From: Marsupella aquatica
Taxonomy: Eukaryota; Plantae; Marchantiophyta
Assembly (NCBI GenBank): GCA_973895155.1
Contig: OZ316898.1
Span: forward strand, 11,803,187 to 11,867,186
Length of the DNA: 64,000 bases
Direction of reading: 5' to 3'
This document shows positions 56,665 to 64,000 of this stretch, piece by piece. The position numbers and the translations under genes were made by a program. Positions within the stretch are counted from its first letter, which is position 1. Each line of letters begins with the position of its first letter. The notes beneath the pieces are model-generated. The model searched no databases, was not told where the DNA came from, and saw only the letters and a list, made by a program, of their open reading frames with translations.

Positions 56665-59600
56665 CCCCTATCCCTAAATAAATTGCAGCCAGCCTCCATT
56701 TCACAATCTCTTCCATTTCACAATCTCTGACCTCTACTTTTGGTAGAAATGGCAGCCACGAGAGAGATCTCTAGTCATATCTACATCAAAGATTCCACCA
56801 GATGTCAAAAGATCATGGATATGATTGAGATCTTGTACCTAGGTATGACAACATATCATTATGGAAAGATAGAGGTCAAAGAAAGGGGTGTTGATGACTG
56901 AATTCAATATGAGGGCTTTCCTAATTGTTAGGTGTCCAGGTGATGGGCTACATTGTGAGTTTAGAGGTTATTGACCCCTAAGCCACTGGAGATGCTCTTA
57001 GTGGAGCCCAGGGATTTTGTAGCCAGTCAACTTCAGGAGATGAGTTTCTCCCAGGTTCTCCAAGCACATGTTAAAGATCATCATTGACATATTTACCTCT
57101 CTTCACTTCTAGTCGGAATGCTCTTTCTGAGGGAATTGACAAATGTCTAAGTCTTACTCATTGTGACACCTTCAACACCCTGTAATTTACTTTGTGAAAA
57201 CATGGATTATGCTCAATTCTTTGAAAACTCCACAGCTTGAAAGTGCATGTGCACAATAGCATATACTTGTGTACTATGTTCTTGATGGCCCACAATGGTT
57301 AAAACAAGGGGTCACTTTACCCAGAACTCAAATCAACATTCCAACAAACCAATTTTAGTTCTATTTCTATCACATATGTGTTGTGCAAAATGCCCATTAC
57401 TCATAAGATATCATGTACATTGCAACATCCAAGAACACACAAAGAGTAGACCTAGGAGATAAGTGGTTCACCTCACGTCTACGGGAACACATAATCAAGC
57501 TTTATTGAACTCTAAGCCCGTCAGTCATACGAAGTCTCCATGGAGTAAGCTCTCTCTATCTCTCGAGTGTCTTTGTAAGAAACTAGGTTTCCCTCACTAG
57601 CTAAGTCCTAGTGATGAATATACTAGTAGCACATCTAACCTTGAACCACCACAGGCCATATATAAGGCGAAAGTGTCCAAGATCGTCTACTTTTTCCACG
57701 TCCCTCTCAGTTTCTTCTCTATTGTGCCAATTTGCTCGACAATGTGAGGAAAAAGCTTCCAATGGTAGTTGCAGGTTACCAGTAGGTTTTGAGGGGCAGC
57801 AAACACCTGACTATGGTTAGATTAATCATGGTTGTAAGTTAACTCTAGATCTCAAAGTTGACACATAAAAATATGAAAACATTATTACTGGAGCACTCAA
57901 TACACAGTCATGGGAAAGTACAGCTCGGATGGACCACTTTCATAAACCTTGTAACGTGGATGGACCAGATAACTGTTGACCATAAAAGAATCTTCTACAA
58001 AGAAAATTGCTTATCTCACTACAAAATAGGTTGTTACGAAAGTCCATTTGGGTTGAGTTGGTCCATCCTGGCATTTTATTAAACATTTAAGTCCATGGGG
58101 GCTTCAGTCTCCACGTTTATGGACATCTCTAACCAACATTTTTATTTCTGATTTGGGCCTTTCGACTTCGGACCCTGTCTCCTGGTTGGGCTCCTTTTGT
58201 TTGATTTATACTATATTCAGTATTTTGTCTGTTTGGGGTGTTTTTGCTTTACTTTTGAGAGTAAAGCTACCCAGGTCCTTGGGGGTTGCTGAGTTCACTG
58301 ACATGGTCCATCGGAGCCTCTTCTACCTCGGTCCGAGATATCTGTGGGGGGAATCTGACCGTAGATATTTTCGGTTCTTCATGATGATGATGGCCTGGAT
58401 TCAATGGACGCTCGGGGTGGAATCGCCGGAAAAGTGTCGGCATGTTCGCAGCCGCCGGTTACCAGTGCACTATTCATAGGGAACAGCCCGTTCCGTTCCC
58501 GCCGTTTCTGGAGTGAAACTCGGTACGGCTTCGGTCCGACCGGCCCCCAAACGAGAAAAGAAAACTATTTTCGGTCATGCCAGAACCGTACGTACGGTGT
58601 CTACTCTCTGCTATACGGGAGCACAGTAGGCCCGCTTAAATTTTAATATATTTTTATGATCGCCCTTTTTCGCCAGGGTGGCTGATCTGAGCTTATGTGT
58701 GTGAGAGAGAAGGTGCTACGAATCTTCAGATAATCTACAGAAGATTCAAGGGTAACATGAGATCCGAGTTCATTGGGTTTCTGACTAAGAGTCAAACTGC
58801 CAAACTGGGCTTATTGAAGACAAAAACATTTATCTAATTTAGGCCAATAGAGACGAAGATTTTCAGGTGAGATGGAGCCAATACAAAATTGCTGGTCTTA
58901 GATTACAGTCTCCTCGCTCTCCTCGTCCTGAGTGCCTACACTGTGAGTGCAAACTTAACTATTTACAACGCATGCGGTTCTTCCTTTTCGTCCACTCCCA
59001 GTTTGCACTTTTTTAAAGTGCAATAGGGCTCCACTAATAAGCAACGAACATGTGAGTGGAAAGCTGTCTATAAGGGTCTATGTCCACTTATGGGTAAGAG
59101 TTAAAAAATTGTGTGGAACTCTTATGAAAAGTGCATATAATTTTTGTGTAAAATTTAATGTTGCAGTTAGGAGATACTTGACAGGCAGTTACATATTTAA
59201 TAACATCTTGGTAACAATACATTGTGGGCCACAGCACCCAAAAAATAAGGGCCTTAATACCCTAAAAACAGGGCCTGAAGACCTTAACGGTCTAAGAGAT
59301 TTCTTTGTTACTAAAAGTGGAGGAGAAGTTCAGAATTCCTCTATCCAAATTGGACTGTGGACTAGTTTGCGTAAAGCATCAAAGACTGCAATAAGAAAAA
59401 TGATGAAGGGCATTAAGGATGTATGGTCAAGGGGATTCACACTGGACTGCTTATGGAAGACACTATAGTATTACTTCTACATGAGATGACAACCTCTCTA
59501 ATGTGACACATGGAACAAATGGAAAAAGACTGATTTGCCAAACCAGTTATGTTACTCATCTAGAAATATATAAATGCAAGTCTCAACATCTGCATTCACA

Positions 59601-62600
59601 TAGTGCAAACTACATTTAAGTGCGTCTGTTCGGGAGTGTGCACTTATGAAGAGCTCACTGTACAGTCACGAACGCATATTTGCATGGTTCATGAATGGAT
59701 GATGGTCATGATTAGGTCGTCGAAGCATTCGACCATCGTATGATGAAATGACAATCATGATGAGGATACTCATGATACACTCATGGACGGAAGAGTCTTG
59801 TAATGATGAATTTCCCGTATACAGGTACGGAGCCTTCCGGGCGGTACGCAATGACACTGTCAGGCTGGCAGTCATTTCGACGCGATTAATTTGCAGAGAA
59901 TAATATGATTTCAGTAAATACTAAAAAACTAATAAGATGAGAAAAGACAAAATACTGAACGAGTGTAGTTGTTAACGTGTCATAATTAATTTAATGTTTC
60001 CACGTAAATGGTGTGATAGTCTCTGTATAGGTCAGTGATGTTCCTGCTGAGTTTCTGGCTTGATATTTTATTTCGATTAATTCAACAGCTCCCGAAAGGG
60101 AGTCACAATTTCCTGATGACTGTAAAAAATTGGTTTGTACAGTGGCAATCAATGGCAAAAGTAGACCCCTTCCCGATTTAGTTCCTTCCATCGAGCGGGA
60201 GAATGATGACGACACCAGTTCCTTGTTGGGGCTGTCCCCACCTGAAGTGCGGTAATTATGACTAATCCAGGCGAAAAAAGCAAATGATTATTAATTAATC
60301 AAGTTGCAATCAAGACTCGTTATCTTTCCGAGTCGTCAGGGCGGGCTCACCGGCTCAGCCAGTCGTTTATTTTCTACGCCGCCTCCTGCCGACACTTGAC
60401 AGCAGAGAGAAGAGGTTTTGGAGGTCACTATGAACTATGGAGTATGGACGGTTTTACTTTTTCCTAACCGCAGCTGGCGCTTTTGCTCAAACCACCATCG
60501 TTTATTCGTATCTCATGTTGTAAAGTTACCTACTGCAATTTTGTACCCAAAACCTATGACAAACTAATGAAGCTGACAGTTTATTTTCCAAAAGTGAAAA
60601 GTGCCTTTGAGGGTGCCTTTAAAACGTTGGGAGCACTTTCGTCGGTTTCTTTTGTCTCCAACGTGTGATCAGAGCCACCCATTGAGAACAAGTTGTTGCT
60701 GTGCGATTTAGAGGAGCGTTGGGGTCCATTTACTTCAAACCTTACTTCTACGAGCAAGCGTGCAAAAGTAATGTAGCTCGCAACAACTCAGCCTTGGTTT
60801 TGAGTTTTTTGGAGTCCTACAACTTACTACCACAAGTTTTGTCCTTTTGCAATGTGATAAGAAAGTGCTCGTTACACATATGACATTACTATTTGACACA
60901 GTTTTTTTGTTTTCTTTTATTTATTTATTTTAATTTTTAATTTTATTTGGGGGGGGGGGGGGGGGGTTACTTCAACATCTGCCAAATTTTGACCTATTTT
61001 TATATTGTGTGTGGATGTGCCTTGGAACATCCATGGGAATGGATACAGGTATGTGCTTGATGTGACCCCTGGCAGAACTTGTTTTCATGATGGTCCACCA
61101 TGTGAAAGTATTGTTACCAACTAGGACCCCTACTTGATGTGACCCCTGGGCCCTGGCAGAACTTGTTTCCAGCCACAACTGCATGGTCAGAAACCAACCT
61201 TGGACAGTTGAATGACACAATTGAGGAGAACCAAGGAATAGAGGTAGTTGTAGCCCAAAGTGCAATGTCACTTAAGTGGAGACAATATGGTTAATGTCTT
61301 CCAATTTGAAGTTTTACTGTATTGCAATTTTCATTAAATTTACTTTCATGCAAGCTACCCACAGTCTTTTCACAATGTTTCTGACATTTTTCTTGGTGCC
61401 AATGTCCGCGCGTGTGTAACAAAAGGGAGTTTGCATCCAACAACATGACTAATGTCATACAATTTGGATAGGTGCAATCATTGCTGGTGATGTAGGTCAA
61501 CGGATAGAGTATCCTAGACCCGCATGGCCTTGCCATAAGCTGAAGCTAAGGTCGTCACCTGTTGTCCTAGACAAACCCCTCTATCGGGTGTTTCCCAAGC
61601 TTCCCCATTTTGTGTCTATCACTAGCTTATAGTCCTACCTCCAGGACATGCCCTTGGCCCAAATAGTTTGTTTGTCTCAAAGCTTGTCCCAACTATCAAC
61701 ACCTTGCAATGGGGCTTAACTCTCCACTTCAACTAGCTTCACCACTTATGCCTTTTCTTACTATTGTCCGGGTTCCTAGGACGGGCAAATAGCAAGACAT
61801 GAGGTCTTTTTTTTCCCTAACTCCCTTCTTTCTCATTAACACACCCAACTAGGTAGCTTTATTTACACCATTGGAAAGATAACCTCAAAGGGTCGCTGTC
61901 ACTCCCCTGCCTCCTCGCTGGGAAACACTCACACACCCTCACTCCCAATCTCAACACGGCAAGTGCTCACCCACAAGTTGTCCCCACATACTCCCAATAT
62001 GGTTGTCACCCAAGAGTATCCTCTACTTCCTTCACCAAGGGCTTCAGGACCGCCACTTCCTATCACAACAAGACAAGTGTCTGGTTCTTCCCTCATCCAC
62101 AAGCTTCAAGCTTCACCCCTTTGGTGTTGAGTCACACCTAAGTCTGCATACATGCTCATTGGTTTCACATTTTCACTAGATAGTTGCTTCAGGACTAAGG
62201 CTTATGCATGAGCCTTTACTACATGGAATATACAAGTTCTGATCACAACACCTCCCGACCCTCTCCTTGTTGCCTACCTAGTGGACTAGTTCTCTATCTA
62301 CCCTCTTAGTGCCTTAAGCCAATGTTGCTGCCCTCCAAGTGAAAGCCCCAACCCCCAAGCTCTCAACCTACAAGAGAGTGTATAAGAGGAGGTAGCCCCC
62401 GCTACTCCCCTTTATTCACCACCCCAGGGCTCCAAACCAAACCAAACCAAGCCTAGAATGCTAACTCGGGTTAGTGGTCACATGGAACTTAATCCAAGTG
62501 TAACTACCTTCCCACTAAACCTTAACCCGGGTTATATTTCTACTTTTACCGCAGGTCAACTTAACTAATACCAACACTCTAGTTTCACACAGAACACAAA

Positions 62601-64000
62601 TAGCGGCAACCTCTCGATGACACGAGTAACCAGGGTATCCCATTGGTAACACTTGCAACCACCTTAGTTACAAACTATCCATAAAACAACATTTCTCATG
62701 GAAAACACTCTAAGTTTGGCCTACAACTAAGTGTCGGTATGCCGCTGTTTGCGGGTTACCGCTCAGTCTCGGGTTTTGTCATTGAAACTTGGGTTACCAC
62801 AGAAGTACAGGTCATTCTTCCCTCAGTTGCAGACTTACCCAAAGAATGCTCCCGCTTGAGTTTGTTCCTGGTAGATTGTGTTGAGTATTGCTCTTAGTCT
62901 TGTGACTCTAGAGCTAACCACAGTTAGGCTTACTCTGGTTAGAACTTAGCTGAGGTTAGCAGTGATGCATGTTGTATATAACCAGGGTTGATGCTAGCCC
63001 CTGTTGGAGTCAAGAGAGAAGTAAAGGTCTCTTGCTTTCCCGTGGACGTAGCCTCAGTCATGAGGTGAACCACATACTTGCTGTGTCGACTACTTTGTAT
63101 GGTGTTCACATGTGCATGGTGTCTCGGGATAGGGATTATCCCCAACAGATTGTTGGCATTAGCATTTAGTCTACAACTGCTTGTAAGTGAATCGCTTATC
63201 TACCTAACAATAGCACTATCACCTACTAGCATCCACCAAGTGGCAAGCTTCATAAATAGCCAGGCATTTTATTTCCAAGACCACTTTTAAGGCCTACACA
63301 AAAACTCCTTAACACATTCCATTTGAATTAAAAATTGGTCTCCCATGCTTTCATGAAGTTAGGCACCCTTGTTGGGTCCTCCCTTACTCGCCCTGGCCCC
63401 TCACCCATCCTCAAACTGGCCTCATAAATCAGCAAAGTAGGCCATTTGTTGTCTTCTCTATTGTAAGTGTTTAGATTAGTCAACTTAACCTACTTCTCCT
63501 TAACCTAACCAAGGTCTATCTAACCTCTTTTAGCACTCACTATTCAGTTGTTTTGACCTTCTACTTTCTACTATGCATCATTCATCACTCTATACCTACT
63601 TTTACTCCTAATTGTGGTTACTTCTAACTATGGTTACTCTATTTTTCTCTAGTTCCTATTTATCACCTAAATCGGCATCTGACACCAACCATTGGGAATA
63701 GTCCAATCTTGAATCTCCTAATTGTTTTTATTGGCCTAACTCAATTGCAATCTTGAGAGACAAAGTTGGGACCTCAAAACCCAGGCCTACGCTGCAATGA
63801 CTCCCCAATTTAAGCTCCCATGAGAATTGAACATGGATTGGCTGTTGTTTCAAGAGGTTTGGCAAGTGAGTGAGATAGCTTGGACAACAAATCATGAAGA
63901 CCAAAGTCATCTCAAAGACCTAGATGATATCATGAGGACGTAATTTTCCTTGAGAGCTTTCTAGCGCACCCAAGAAGTCCCCCAACAGACTTCGTGTTGC

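Noticed and set aside
61300-64000. Possible old LTR-retrotransposon debris; also 20860-22300
   Set aside because: CpG-depleted and TE-like, but no diagnostic motif or paired termini could be confirmed.

Overview
Eukaryotic nuclear DNA from a land plant; the gene set and intron style suggest a bryophyte/liverwort, which is an inference. It holds four intron-containing host genes: an ankyrin+BTB protein (-), an NDR/AGC kinase (+), an alpha-expansin (+) and a CYP78A-type P450 (-). Around them are degraded TE remnants (Helitron helicase, hAT-type MITE, dispersed and tandem repeats). The standout is a ~9.8-kb Ty3/Gypsy-type retroelement on the minus strand (~9426-19227). Its Pol frame carries a complete linear-order DNMT3-like C5-cytosine methyltransferase between protease and RT, and a PHD finger after the DDE integrase. 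Instead of two ordinary TG..CA LTRs it has split direct repeats (A1-ORFs-PPT-B1-spacer-A2-B2), a self-complementary non-tRNA primer-binding site and a candidate 5-bp target-site duplication. This copy is inactivated by nonsense changes that are all explicable as C->T transitions, mostly in CHG context.
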